Positions 26,453-38,200 of a DNA stretch of 54,966 nt are shown piece by piece. Numbering within the stretch: the stretch's first letter is position 1; the number at the start of each line of letters is the position of its first letter. This stretch comes from a virus (Duplodnaviria > Caudoviricetes), in the IMG/VR virus record IMGVR_UViG_3300003873_000010, positions 1 through 54,966 of that record; one strand, 5' to 3'. Made by a program: the position numbers and the translations under genes. The notes below the pieces were generated by a model that saw nothing but the letters and a program-made list of their open reading frames with translations, made no database searches and was not told where the DNA came from.

Positions 26453-28504
26453 ATGAACGAACAAGCCATACCAATTAGTGCCTCCACAAATGCAGGTTCC
26501 ACAGATGAAACCCCGTCGACGAATAAGTTAGTACGTGCGGTCTCAGCGCACGATGTGGTGAACGAGACACGCACCGTAGAGGATATACCTGTTCGCTACC
26601 GCGACGAGGTTGCCCATCTAGTAGAGGACGCGTTTTCCGCTGCAAAAACATACAGACGTGCGGCTGCAATAGACCAACGCATAAACGACGCACGTAGAGC
26701 TCGCGACGGGGAGTATAACCCTGCGAAATTGGCTGCGATTAGGGCTGCCGGGGTTTCGACGGAGTACGCCCGCATCGTGGCCAACAAGGGGCGGGTCGTG
26801 TCCGCGTGGCTCGCGGATGTGTACACAAACATTAGTGAACCGCCGTGGCGCGTCGCTCCCCCTGCAGACATAGAAATTCCTGATAGCACGAAGCAACACA
26901 TCCGCCAGCAGGTTGGGCAGTACTTTATGCAGCTGGCACAGAGCGGTGTTCCTGTTGACCCGCAGGTGATGACGGCACTGATAGAGCAGGAGGAGTCGCA
27001 GGTACGGTCTAAGCTTAGGCAGCAAGCCATTACGGAGGCGGAGACTATAACAAACGAACTGAAGACTACACTGCGCCAAAGCAAGTTCGACAGTGTAGTT
27101 AGTGAGTTCTTACATGACTTCGCTTTCTTCCCTACGGCCATCATCAAAGGCCCTATTATGCGCAACCGTACCACCTACGACTTTAAGACTATGGAGCCGG
27201 GGGACGAGCTGGTTTATGCGTTTGAGCGCGTCGACCCTGAGAACTTCTACCCTGCCCCCGAGGCCACCACAATCGAAGAGGGGTACGTAATTGAAGTCAC
27301 CCGCATCACGTACAAAGATTTGCTCGATATGAAGCATGACCTAGGGTTTGACAGCAAGGCAGTGTCTGAGACATTGCGTAAGGCCCGTAATGGAGAGCTA
27401 GATAACTGGCTCGATTATATCGACAACCCTCTGCGTGAGGGTCTGATAATGAATATGCGCAACCCTGGCGAACTGCTTGGGTATACGATTGACTGCATCG
27501 AGTATCACGGGGCTATGTACGGCGACACCCTACGAGATTTTGGACTTATAAGCGTCGAGGACGAAGATGTCTATGAGGCTTCTATCCTAGTCGTTGACGG
27601 GTGCACACTGCGAGTAGAGATAAACGCAGACCCCCTCAAACGCAGACCCTATTTCTCTGCGTCCTATGAGCCAGTACCCGGCAGTTTCTGGGGTCACGGG
27701 CTCCCTGATGTGTTACAGGACGTGCAGAACGTCGCGAACGCAGCGACTCGAGCCCTAGTGAACAACATGGGTATGGCCTCAGGGCCTCAAGTCGTAGTCG
27801 ACGTAGACAACCTCGCCGACGGAGAAGAGATTACGAACATAACACCGTGGCGTGTGTGGCAGGTGTCATCCGCGTATAACCAAGGGTCAGAACCCGTCCG
27901 TTTCCACCAGCCCACATCCAATGTCGGAGAGCTCTTATCCGTGTTTGACCGGATGTACGAGCTGGCAGATGAGCTTAGTATGACCCCTCGCCTGCTCACA
28001 TCCGGGCAAGCGGGCACGCTAGGCAGGACTGCGAGCGGGCTCTCAATGCTCATGAACTCCGCATCAAAAGGCCTACGCCGTGCCGTGCACACTATCGACA
28101 CGAGGGTTCTAACGCCCGCCATCGAGCGACTGTACCACACACTCTTGCGATACGACGACATAGACACCCCCATATTCGGAGGCGACTTGCGGGTCTCTGG
28201 TGCGAGCAGTGTATTACACGAAGACACTTTACAGGTGCGCCGTAACGAGTTCTTGCAGATGACGGCCAATCCGATTGACTCTCAGTTGATGGGGCCAGAG
28301 GGTAGACTTGCGGTACTTCGAGAGGTTGCAAAAAGTCTTGACATGGATGTTGACCTCGTGATGCCCACACAACAGGAGCTCGAGGCGCGTATGCAACAAG
28401 GGCAGCAACAAGGGCAGCAACAAGGGCAGCAACAAGGGCAAGTGGGCAGTGGGCAGCAGCTACAATCAGGTGCAGAAGTAACTAATAACGTACAACCATC
28501 ATAA
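26453..28504 (+). CDS. Portal protein
   Basis: 683 aa before scaffold/capsid. ERVDPENFYPAP, PGSFWGHG, NNMGMASGPQ and RTASGLSMLM motifs; Gln-rich tail. Confidence 0.9.
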   Translation: MNEQAIPISASTNAGSTDETPSTNKLVRAVSAHDVVNETRTVEDIPVRYRDEVAHLVEDAFSAAKTYRRAAAIDQRINDARRARDGEYNPAKLAAIRAAGVSTEYARIVANKGRVVSAWLADVYTNISEPPWRVAPPADIEIPDSTKQHIRQQVGQYFMQLAQSGVPVDPQVMTALIEQEESQVRSKLRQQAITEAETITNELKTTLRQSKFDSVVSEFLHDFAFFPTAIIKGPIMRNRTTYDFKTMEPGDELVYAFERVDPENFYPAPEATTIEEGYVIEVTRITYKDLLDMKHDLGFDSKAVSETLRKARNGELDNWLDYIDNPLREGLIMNMRNPGELLGYTIDCIEYHGAMYGDTLRDFGLISVEDEDVYEASILVVDGCTLRVEINADPLKRRPYFSASYEPVPGSFWGHGLPDVLQDVQNVANAATRALVNNMGMASGPQVVVDVDNLADGEEITNITPWRVWQVSSAYNQGSEPVRFHQPTSNVGELLSVFDRMYELADELSMTPRLLTSGQAGTLGRTASGLSMLMNSASKGLRRAVHTIDTRVLTPAIERLYHTLLRYDDIDTPIFGGDLRVSGASSVLHEDTLQVRRNEFLQMTANPIDSQLMGPEGRLAVLREVAKSLDMDVDLVMPTQQELEARMQQGQQQGQQQGQQQGQVGSGQQLQSGAEVTNNVQPS

Positions 28505-28529
28505 TATACTTGATTTTTAGGGCGAAAAC

Positions 28530-28724
28530 ATGGAACATACTACACAGAACACAAAACTTCGTCGGGCCTCTATGGACTCGGACTTACTGTCATATATCGA
28601 AACGCTAATAGACTCACGCAAAACGAGTCTTGTAAGCGCCGATACTGTAGAAGAAGTCCGCCGTTTACAGGGAGGCATCACGGAGCTAGTGCTATTACTT
28701 AAAACCATCAAGAGGTCCAACTAA
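28530..28724 (+). CDS. Small head-associated protein
   Basis: 64 aa with RRLQG motif between portal and scaffold. Confidence 0.65.
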   Translation: MEHTTQNTKLRRASMDSDLLSYIETLIDSRKTSLVSADTVEEVRRLQGGITELVLLLKTIKRSN

Positions 28725-29611
28725 TGCCTACAGAAAATAACTACGATACCGTACCCGAAGGTGCAGCCCCATCTACGTCCGCCACGTCTGAAACGAACGA
28801 CAACGTGAGCAACGATTTGGGTGTAGCACCTGAGGCCGTCGTCGATGAAACCCCTGCAGAAACCGAAGCGCCAGCGCCAGCTGACACGCAAGCACAACTA
28901 GACAAGATGGAACAGCGTTACCGTTCCCTAGCCGGTGTGCTTCGCAGTAAAGATGAGCAACTGCAACAGATGCAACAGCTTATGCAAGACATGAGCAAAC
29001 AGCAGAAGGCGCAGAGTGCTCCGCCAGAGGACCCCCTAGTTACCGACGCGGACCGTTCCGTAGTAGGTGACGAGGTCGCGGCCTTTGTGCAACGTGTAGT
29101 AGATACCGCAGTTAAGCGTACCACTCGTACCTTAGAGGAAAGGCTAGACCAGCTAGAAGCCTCTCTCGGGCAGACGCAACAAACCGCGGGTGTGTCAGCA
29201 CAGCACAGCTTTATTGAGCGCTTGGCGAAAGCGGTTCCAGATTGGGAGGCTCTCAACACGGACCCTATGTTCTTGTCGTGGTTGGATGTGTCCCCCACGC
29301 GTAAAGGGCAGTTTGAGGCTGCTGCATCTCAGTTCGATGCCGATGCGGTAGCTGTCTATTTCACTGCATACAAAGCAGAAAACGGGGTGCAAGCCCCAAC
29401 AAGCAAACCAAAACCACAGAAACGCGCCCAAGGCACTCGTTCCGCACCCGCACAAAAATCGATGGACCCTAGCAAGGGCAAGAAGACATGGACTCGACCT
29501 GAGATTATAGACTTCTATGCCACTGGTAGAGCGCGATTAAGTGCGGACGAATATACACGCACCGAGCGTGACATATTCGATGCGCAACGAGAGGGGCGAG
29601 TGCAGTTATAG
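28724..29611 (+). CDS. Capsid scaffolding protein
   Basis: Acidic disordered N-terminus, coiled coil, VPDWEALNTDPMFLSWL, IFDAQREGRV end; directly before the MCP. Confidence 0.8.
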   Translation: MPTENNYDTVPEGAAPSTSATSETNDNVSNDLGVAPEAVVDETPAETEAPAPADTQAQLDKMEQRYRSLAGVLRSKDEQLQQMQQLMQDMSKQQKAQSAPPEDPLVTDADRSVVGDEVAAFVQRVVDTAVKRTTRTLEERLDQLEASLGQTQQTAGVSAQHSFIERLAKAVPDWEALNTDPMFLSWLDVSPTRKGQFEAAASQFDADAVAVYFTAYKAENGVQAPTSKPKPQKRAQGTRSAPAQKSMDPSKGKKTWTRPEIIDFYATGRARLSADEYTRTERDIFDAQREGRVQL

Positions 29612-29621
29612 GAGATAACAT

Positions 29622-30542
29622 ATGCCATATCCAGTCACAACAGGCGTGACCAGCCAGTCAGGAATTTTCATTCCAGAAATTTGGTCGGGGAAATTAGTAG
29701 AACGTTACTATGCTAATACAGTATTGTCGCAGATTGCGAACACCAACTATGAGGGTGAAATCAAAGGTCAGGGCGATAAAGTAATTATCCGTACTACCCC
29801 CACAATCACAATCAACGATTACAAAATCGGGCAGACTTTAAACAACGAGCGCCCAATTGGTAATGTTATTGATTTGAACATCGACAAAGGTAAGTACTGG
29901 TCCGCAGTAATTGACGATGTTAACCGCGTGCAGTCAGACATCAAGCAGATGTCTTTGTGGGCCGACGACGCGTCTGAGCGTTTAAAGCTCGCGGTCGATA
30001 GTGAAGTACTAGCCGGCTTAGCCGTCGATGTATCAGCCGACAACAAGGGTGCGCAGGCAGGGGTCATCAGCGGGAACTTGAACTTAGGTAAGACTGGAGC
30101 ACCAGTCGCCCTGACTCCAGCTAACATCTTGCAGCACATACTTGATTTAGGGCAAGCGTTAGATGAGCAGAACGTACCTGAAGAGGGACGATACTTAATC
30201 CTGCCATTCTGGGCTACTAACCTGCTGAAACAATCTGACATCAAGGCCGCGTACTTGACTGGGGATACAATCTCTCCACTGCGCAACGGGCTAGTTGGAA
30301 TGGTTGACCGCTTCAAAGTGTTCAACTCCAACCTACTACCGGTCATGACAGACGGCACTGCGAAGACTACATACATCTATGCAGGTATCGATTATGGGTT
30401 GACCTATGCAGCACAGTTGACTAAGACTGAAACCTTGCGCGCACAGACCACCTTCGGTGAAATCATGCGTGGGCTATTCGTTTATGGCCACAAGGTAGTC
30501 AAACCAGAAGCCCTTGCAGCGTTATACTGCACTAAAGGCTAA
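29622..30542 (+). CDS. Major capsid protein (P22 coat-like, HK97 fold)
   Basis: FIPEIWSGKL, NTNYEGEI, GDKVII, RGLFVYGHKVVKPEAL; AGGAG RBS; downstream terminator. Confidence 0.92.
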   Translation: MPYPVTTGVTSQSGIFIPEIWSGKLVERYYANTVLSQIANTNYEGEIKGQGDKVIIRTTPTITINDYKIGQTLNNERPIGNVIDLNIDKGKYWSAVIDDVNRVQSDIKQMSLWADDASERLKLAVDSEVLAGLAVDVSADNKGAQAGVISGNLNLGKTGAPVALTPANILQHILDLGQALDEQNVPEEGRYLILPFWATNLLKQSDIKAAYLTGDTISPLRNGLVGMVDRFKVFNSNLLPVMTDGTAKTTYIYAGIDYGLTYAAQLTKTETLRAQTTFGEIMRGLFVYGHKVVKPEALAALYCTKG

Positions 30543-30550
30543 ACGTTAAA

Positions 30551-30576
30551 GCCCTCCTAGAGGGGGGCGTTTTCTT
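30551..30576 (+). terminator. Intrinsic terminator after MCP
   Basis: GCCCTCC-TAGA-GGGGGGC followed by GTTTTCTT. Confidence 0.7.
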
Positions 30577-30590
30577 AGAGGATTTATACA

Positions 30591-30806
30591 ATGAGTACAC
30601 AAACACCTCCATATCTATTGCATACGGAAACTGACACCGTATACCCATACAACGAATTAATGGCGCGGCACGAGGGGATGGAACCCTGTAGCGTGGCCAA
30701 GAAAGCTGCTATCACGAAGAAGCTAGCAGCAGAAGCTGAGAAGCCCGAAGCTGAGAAGCCCGAAGCTGAGAAGCCAGCTGCACCCGTAGGCGCAGGAGCT
30801 AAGTAA
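30591..30806 (+). CDS. Small protein with EAEKP repeats
   Basis: GAGG RBS; 15-bp repeat x3. Confidence 0.7.
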   Translation: MSTQTPPYLLHTETDTVYPYNELMARHEGMEPCSVAKKAAITKKLAAEAEKPEAEKPEAEKPAAPVGAGAK

Positions 30807-30808
30807 CC

Positions 30809-31381
30809 ATGAACTGGTACGAGCTGCGTGGGTTACTACGGGGGTTGTTGCGAGATGAGGTCGAGCCGTTTTTATGGTCTGATGCAATCTTACAATCGCT
30901 AGTCAATCAAGCGTACGTAGACGTCGTGCAGACTGTAGGACAGCCTCGCATGCGTACCCCGTTTCACTTAGCCGCAGGTGACGACACAATTACAATCGCC
31001 GAGAAAGTACTATCCCCTACCGTAGGGGTGCATATCGACAACCGCATAGTCGCGGGGGCATTCGACCTTGTCAACAGTGCATACGTGCTCGCCGACCCCG
31101 TGCCCAAACCTACGAACGGGGTCTACACTTATGTACCACTGCCCCCGCCACTTGTGGGCTCTACGGACGTGCCAAGTCTTGTACCGCCCGAGTGGCACCA
31201 CACGCTTGCCTACTGGGCTGCGTACTCAGCGTTGTTGATTGATGACGCAGAGGGACGCAACGACAATTTGGCGGCGACATATTACAAGCGATACCGCGCG
31301 GACATAGCACGGTATCGCACTACGTTAGACAGACAAGGTCGCCTGCAGCTGACTGCACGCCCCCAAGCTGCATATATATAG
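30809..31381 (+). CDS. Head-tail adaptor
   Basis: LRDEVEPFLWSDAIL..VNQA, VPPEWHHTLAYWAAYSA pattern and position. Confidence 0.75.
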   Translation: MNWYELRGLLRGLLRDEVEPFLWSDAILQSLVNQAYVDVVQTVGQPRMRTPFHLAAGDDTITIAEKVLSPTVGVHIDNRIVAGAFDLVNSAYVLADPVPKPTNGVYTYVPLPPPLVGSTDVPSLVPPEWHHTLAYWAAYSALLIDDAEGRNDNLAATYYKRYRADIARYRTTLDRQGRLQLTARPQAAYI

Positions 31382-31390
31382 GAGGTCCAC

Positions 31391-32161
31391 ATGGGACTAC
31401 TAAGCTCTATTTTGAACTTGGGCATGGCCGCACTGAAGAAAGGTGGAGGTCTTGCGATGAAGCACCCGAAGACTACCGCCGCTTTGGCAGCCATCCCCGC
31501 GGTGGGTGCGGCCTTATCTCCGGGCACTCCCCCTGCCAACGCGCACTTAAAGTCTACTGTACCTCCGGGGAGCTTTATAGGAGCGAACCAGCGCGATGCA
31601 CTGAGTAGGTTTCTTGACCCCGCGATGAACGCCCACGCGTATGACGCGCTCCAACAGGCCCAAGGTATCCTAGGCCAATACCACAATGCCATAGGGATTG
31701 GGACTCAAGCCCAGCAGATGGCTCTGGAGGCTTTCAAGCAGGATAGAGCCAACGCGGCGTCTGCTCGTAATGCGGGGCAGTTGTACCTTATGGCCCCGGG
31801 GAAATGGCAGGCGGACCTTGCCGGTGCGGAGAACCCGTTCCTTAAAGCCCTAACTGCGCTACCGAGTGCGTCTAAGTCCGTGACGCAGGCTGCTATCGCC
31901 CCTACGGCGGCGAACACTGACCATATGAACGCCCTTTCTCGTATGCTCCAAGCTACGGGGAACATGATACCGGGCAGTGGTAGTGAGGGGGTGAACTACG
32001 CCGTTAACAGCTATATGCCCCCTGCGAACGCGCATCCGCTGTTTGCAGGTGCGATGCCGCAGTATTCGCAGTACGCCATGCCACATCCTGCGCAGCAGTA
32101 CGCCATGCCACATCCTGCGCAGCAGTACGCAATACCTAACCCGAATAGCGCTGGGTACTAA
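31391..32161 (+). CDS. Putative small ejection (internal virion) protein
   Basis: AGGAGG RBS; Gly/Ala amphipathic N-terminus; QQYAMPHPA repeats. Confidence 0.6.
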   Translation: MGLLSSILNLGMAALKKGGGLAMKHPKTTAALAAIPAVGAALSPGTPPANAHLKSTVPPGSFIGANQRDALSRFLDPAMNAHAYDALQQAQGILGQYHNAIGIGTQAQQMALEAFKQDRANAASARNAGQLYLMAPGKWQADLAGAENPFLKALTALPSASKSVTQAAIAPTAANTDHMNALSRMLQATGNMIPGSGSEGVNYAVNSYMPPANAHPLFAGAMPQYSQYAMPHPAQQYAMPHPAQQYAIPNPNSAGY

Positions 32162-32206
32162 CATACAGTATAATGAACTCTGACACTATAGTATCGGAGT
32201 TCAATC

Positions 32207-35200
32207 ATGCCTAAGCAAGCCATCCCACAAGTAGACCAAAACACCTCCGCCCTCGGCGATTTAATTACCAGTGGACAAATAGGACTTGAAAGTGTACCGG
32301 GGGCCTTAACAGGTTTACTGGATACATATGCAGGGCTATTTGGGGAGAACCACCCGTACGGACGGGCCGCGGATGCGCTTGGGCGTGCCACAGGCTTTCA
32401 ACCCCACGAGTGGATTAAGCAGAACCAAGCCGAATACACCCCCGAATACCAGCAGGTGCAGCAAGATTTCCACAACGCCGACGGTTTTCTACCCTCTGCC
32501 CTTACATTGCTTGAACACCCCACATTAGCACTTAACACAGCGGTGCAATCCGTTCCGTCGATGATGGCGGGGGGGTTGGCAGGTAGAGCTCTTCGCGCTG
32601 TAGCCCCGGGGATGGAAGCAACCACCGCCGCAGGTGCAGGTGAGGGTGTCGTGATGGCGGGGTCGCAGATGGACAGTCTGCAACACACAGGACTCAACCC
32701 CTTTACGGACGCGCTCGCATCGGTCGCGACTGGGGCGCTAGGTGGTCTAATTGGAGCCAAGGGCGCGAAGACGGCCGAGGCCCACGGGGCGCGGGATATA
32801 AACGTGATGCTCTCAGGGGGGAGTGGTATGAAGGGTGCGAGTATCCGGCAGGGTATCGCACACGAAGCCGCGCAAGAAGCCTTACAGAGCACGGGTGAAA
32901 CTGTGCTCGGTAACGTAGCTCAAGGCATTGACCCGTTTAACCAGCTCGCGCAGAATGTGGTGCTGGGTGCAGCTGCGGGGGGTATGATGGGTGGTGGTGC
33001 GAACGCATACGCAAAACTCCGCAACCACCAAGCGGCCCAAGCGAACGAGCCTCCAATGGGGGTGCCCATACTGCACCCTGAGACCGGGGCTATTACAGAC
33101 TCCAACACAGGCGCAGTACTGATGCCCAAGGAAGAAGTGGCGCAATACGTCACTCCAGAGGACGCCGCGCTAACTACTCCAGAGGGCATACCTGCTACTC
33201 CAGAGGGCATACCTGCTACTCCAGATGGCATACCTGCTACTCCAGATGGCATACCTGCTACTCCAGATGGCATACCTGCTACTCCTGCTACTCCAGATGG
33301 CATACCTGCTACTCCTGCACCGCAAGTGGAACCTACAATTACTGTCCCTGCGGACACCAAGCCCCCCCGCACCTTAATCCCGAACGAAGCCGTGCATGAA
33401 AAAATAGCAAAGGCTCTGACGCGTCGCAATGTAGTAAGTGTCGACGCTGCAGATGTACACCACGCGGACCTCGGGAGCGTGCATATAATCGGGGACCACT
33501 TTGCGAAAGTAACAAACGTATCTGATAAAGGGAAAGTACTTCTAGCACGCACGAAGCCAGAGGACGTTATTAATGGCATAATAAAATCTCTTAACACGGA
33601 GGGCAATGCATCGCCTTTCGTCCCCAACCCCAAAGACTCCCACACCCCCGATACAGGCGCCCCGCACCTTGCGATGTCACCGGCGCAGTTCGTGCAGGCA
33701 GTCGCACGCACCACCAGTACACGCAAGGTGAAGAACATTATCCAGCCCACAGTAGAGGCGAAAACGCCCGAAGCCGCCGCCATACACCAAGCCGTGTATG
33801 TGGCTAGCAATGTTAGTAAGCACAACCTGCCATCGAACGTAACAGATGTAGCGGCCAAATTCGCTGATAGCGCAGTCACGAACAAAGACCCCGCGGCGTC
33901 TTTGGCCCTAAGAGCTATGACGGTAGGAGTAGAACACGTGCATAGAAGCGCCCAGTCTCCTGTAGTCCGCGTGAAACCCACCCCAGAGGCATATGGAAAG
34001 GTGGTGTCCGCCATCGGGACTGAACTCACAAGCGATTTGACCCCTGCAATTGCCGGGCACTCTATGGCTTCGGACTTCTTCGGGGTAGGTACACATAACG
34101 CGTCGGTCCCAGACCCAATACTCCCAAGCGCGGTACCCGTTGCAGTTGATAACCTGCACGCGCAGGGGCACTCTAACGCAGCTAAGGTTGTCAGCGATGC
34201 ATATCTAAGCACAGACACCCCCATCGTTACGCAATCTGACTTGACGGCTGCAGTTGTGGCCAACGATAGCCTCTCTACTGATGAGAAAAGTGCAGCGGTG
34301 TATGCACTGATGGATGCGACCTTGTCGGGCAGTGTGGACACCACCTCGTCAGCGGAGCGTTTACAAGAGAAAAGCAGTGTGCCCCCTCCAGAGTATGTGC
34401 CCTACGCGCCTAGCGTCAAACAACCAAAGGGTAAGAGCAAGCCAGTCTCCACCCTCGAAGCCCACCTACCCCCTGAGGCCTTAGACTCTCTGAGCAAACT
34501 AGGCTCTCATGTAGTAAACACTGCGGACTCGTTACTGCGCAGAACACAACCGCAGACGGAGAAGCCCGCAGGGCAGACGGCCACGAGGGACCTCGTACGT
34601 GATGTCAAAGGCGACCCCCTCTTAAAGAACACGATAGATTACATCTCGAAACGCCAAGGGTCCGGAGACCACACCCTGCCTACCGCCCTCATAGATGCTA
34701 GAACGCCGGCCACGAAGGATGCAGGGATAGCGTCGGTGCACGGCCTAGTAACCAGTGCGCTGACCAAAGCGGGGGTAAACCCCGTGATAACTTCGCAAAT
34801 AGCGGACCGTCTAGTCCACGGCAAACTTGCAGGCTACTTGAAGAGCGGGGATGGGGCACAAGGGTTCACGGCCCCTCTGAAGCACATGATGGCTAACATC
34901 GCAACTGACGCCGCCACTACAGTAGGCGAACAAGACAGCAGTGTCGATGTGGCCTCAGAACTGAATAAGATAAAGGACGTACACCTGCCAAACGTTGTGT
35001 CCGTGCTAAACCCAGACGACCCCACTCTGAAGTCCACCGTGTACCACGAGCTGATGCACTCGGGCATGTCCCCAGCAGGGCGTAAAGCTGCGTTACAGTA
35101 TATGCACCGAGCCGCGAAATCAACGAACCCAGAGATACGCAAGTTGTTCGCCAATGCGGTTACCCGTGCATCAATGTCCGGCACAGGTGCGCCAGTTTCC

Positions 35201-38200
35201 AATGGGAAAGTTGAGGAGGCCGTGGCCTACATGCTCTCGTCGGCCGCCGACAAAGCTACCTCGCAGGGAGTTACGCTCGACCACTATCTTAACAAGGGGG
35301 CGGGCAAAAGCATCAAGCACTTCATCTCACACATCATCTTGCCTAAAGTTAGAGCCTACGGCCTGCGTAAGAACATGAAACTTAAAACAAGTGCGGGGTT
35401 GAACCTACAGACTTTTGCAGAGCTCGCCCGCTATGCAGGTGTGGATGGGGCGAAGAACACCACGACGCAAGAAGCTACTCCACCTGAGCAAGCTCCACCT
35501 GAGCAAATGTCCAACGCATCCGACGGCATCATGCCCTCAATGCCGACTCCAACGGACGCTGGTAGTGGTGGTGTTAATGAACCCCCCGTGAATGACGCAG
35601 GCGCAGCGCCAGATGGAGGGTTCCGTAGCCCAGAAGCGGAGTCACGGCAACAGGTCGTGGGCGCCGCGTACAAAATATACTGGGGGTTAAAGGCCCTAGG
35701 GTCTAAATTAAACCAGCTATTCAACTTTCGCCACCGCCTCGTGCAACAAGCTGACAAATACTTACGAGGCTTGCCAAGCAAGTACTTCGACTTTATGAAG
35801 CGCGTCACGGCAGACGCTCGAAGCGCGAACGCAACACTGCACGATATGCTACAGCAAACAGGGGCGATGTCCGACGAAGACATCAACGGCACGAACGAAT
35901 TACTGGTCAGGATGCAGGAACTCATACAAGTTGCAGAGTCCGAAAAGGACGCCCCCTATCTATGGCCGTTCCACCCTGACTGGCTCGCCGGAGAGAACAA
36001 GGGGCGTCCTGTCGAGGTCGACTACGAGCTCGCGCAGATGTTCGACGCCCTCAGCCCGCAAGCGCAAGAGCTGTTAAAAGGTATGATGCACGAGTCCTAC
36101 CTATCTACGAAGCGTCACATGGACGCTCTCCATGTATTCCAGAATGAGACAATAGCAGAGTTGCTTTCGGAAGGGGTAATCACCGCGGCAGAAGTGGCGG
36201 ACTTGGATGCAGATTTCACTGCCCAGATGGAACAGTTGCAGAAGCGCGCCGCAGCTCCATACGCACCTCTGTCCCGCGACGGGGCGTATGTTGTCGTCGG
36301 GCAGTCGGATGAGTATGCAGAACTCGACGCCGAGATAAGTAAGCGACGAGTTCTCATCAACGAGACCCGTAGCAAACGCAGGAATGCGCTAAAGAATGGG
36401 GACGTCGGGATAGTCGAAGCCCTGACGGAAGTACTGCAGATGCAACTGGATGAGCTGAAACCCCTGACGAAAGATGCAGAGGATATGCGGGGGGACCCAG
36501 AGCACTACTTCTTTAGTATGGCCGATACTCTAGCAGAAGCGAAAGGGTTGGAGCAAACCCTAACTGAATTCCCATCTACTCGCGTGGCGGAACGTAGTGC
36601 CGCGGAAGACATCACGGGGGGCTCGAAAGCTGTTGAGCTGGCACGCCTGCACGCTGAGAGCGCTCTCGGTACTGCGGATGCGGGTGGGGTAGACGCCGTA
36701 CTGTCGTTATACCTCATACAGTTACAACATAATAGCCTAGCGTCGCACTTGAAACACCGTAGGTTAGTGCAAGGGTTCGATGAGAACTTGCTAGCGAGCA
36801 TGGCGCACTCAATTACGGCGCGGAACAACGCGGCTGTCAGTGCAAAGAACTCCGGTACCGCTGTAGATTTACTGCACCAGATGCGTAATGTCGCCCGGGC
36901 CGCCACAGATGAGGACGCCCTCGACGCGTCGAAGTACGCGAACGAAATGATACGAGGGCATCGAGCACTGACCCGCCCCATCAACGGTTCAGAGCATTCA
37001 ATCCGCAAAGCCTCCGCCGCTGTGATGGCGGGCAACGCGTTCTTTAACCTGCTGACGAGCCCTATGTTTTACGCGCAAACGTGGTTGCAGAACTTGCAGA
37101 TGGTATTCCCTCTACTATCAGGGTTCGGAGTGGCAAATGCCGCCAACGCATTGATACAGGCGCACAAGGATATGTTCGCGGCCAGAGAGCGAACCAAGAA
37201 ACGCTACGGGCTGGGGTGGGCAAAGGGTATTTTCTCAGGGGAACTCCTGCTCGACGATGCCATCGAGGACCCAGCTGAGCAAAAAGTGCTTCAGGTCCTA
37301 TGGGACGCGGAGCTTTTAGACTTAGGTCTCAGCTCCGACTTCGGGGACTTATCCGCGATGGGGGACTCAAACCCTATAATGCGCAAGGCTAAGCAGCTTC
37401 ACCTTGCACTATCCCACGCGTCCCGTGTTGCAGAGGTGCACGCTCGCGGCGCTGCGGCGCTGGCGGCATATAGAATGAAGCTCGCGAACGTTACGAAGCT
37501 AGAGATGGCTACGGTTGGACCTCCCCGATATAAAGGGGAAGAGGGCTTAACTCAGAAAGAGCTGGTTGCGTTACGATATGCGAGGGAGACACTTGTCAAA
37601 GGTCACGGGGATTACTCGCACACTGATGCACCTAGGATTATATCGTCTATCCCAGGGGGTATCGGTAACGCCTTGTTCCAATACAAGAAGTTCATGATTA
37701 TTCAGCTACTATACACAAAAGATTTGTTTGTGGATGCTATCAAGTCCGCGCGAACCCCAGACGAAAAGGCCGCGGCTGTCGTCGCTAAGAAACAGTTGGC
37801 CGTTACATTCGCAACTGCACTGGCGACAACAGGCCTGCTTGGCCTGCCGGGGGCCACTATCCTGCTGCACCTCATGGCCTTTGGCGGCGGGGACGACACG
37901 CCAGACGATGACGCTGTCAAACTTAAACTGCGAGAGATGTTCGGCTCGAACGCCGACCTTGCACTGCACGGACTGCCTACACTACTTGGTCTATCACTCA
38001 CGGAGTCCATCGGGTTCGGGAATGTAGGCGTCCCTGTGCCTTACGCCCAGATGGATATGTCTAAGAACGGGTTCAATGGGCTACTCGTCTCATTATTAGG
38101 CCCGACGCCGGGCAACGCCTCCAAGATTTGGACGGGCGCAGGGCGCGTTGCGCAGGGAGACCTCCTCGGAGGCATGCGTGATATGGCTCCTACTGGACTG

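Noticed and set aside
32920-34344. Long antisense ORFs (474 aa here; also 22442-23542 and 25302-26270)
   Set aside because: They mirror Ala/Thr/Pro-rich sense genes whose codon bias removes antisense stops; no RBS or motifs.
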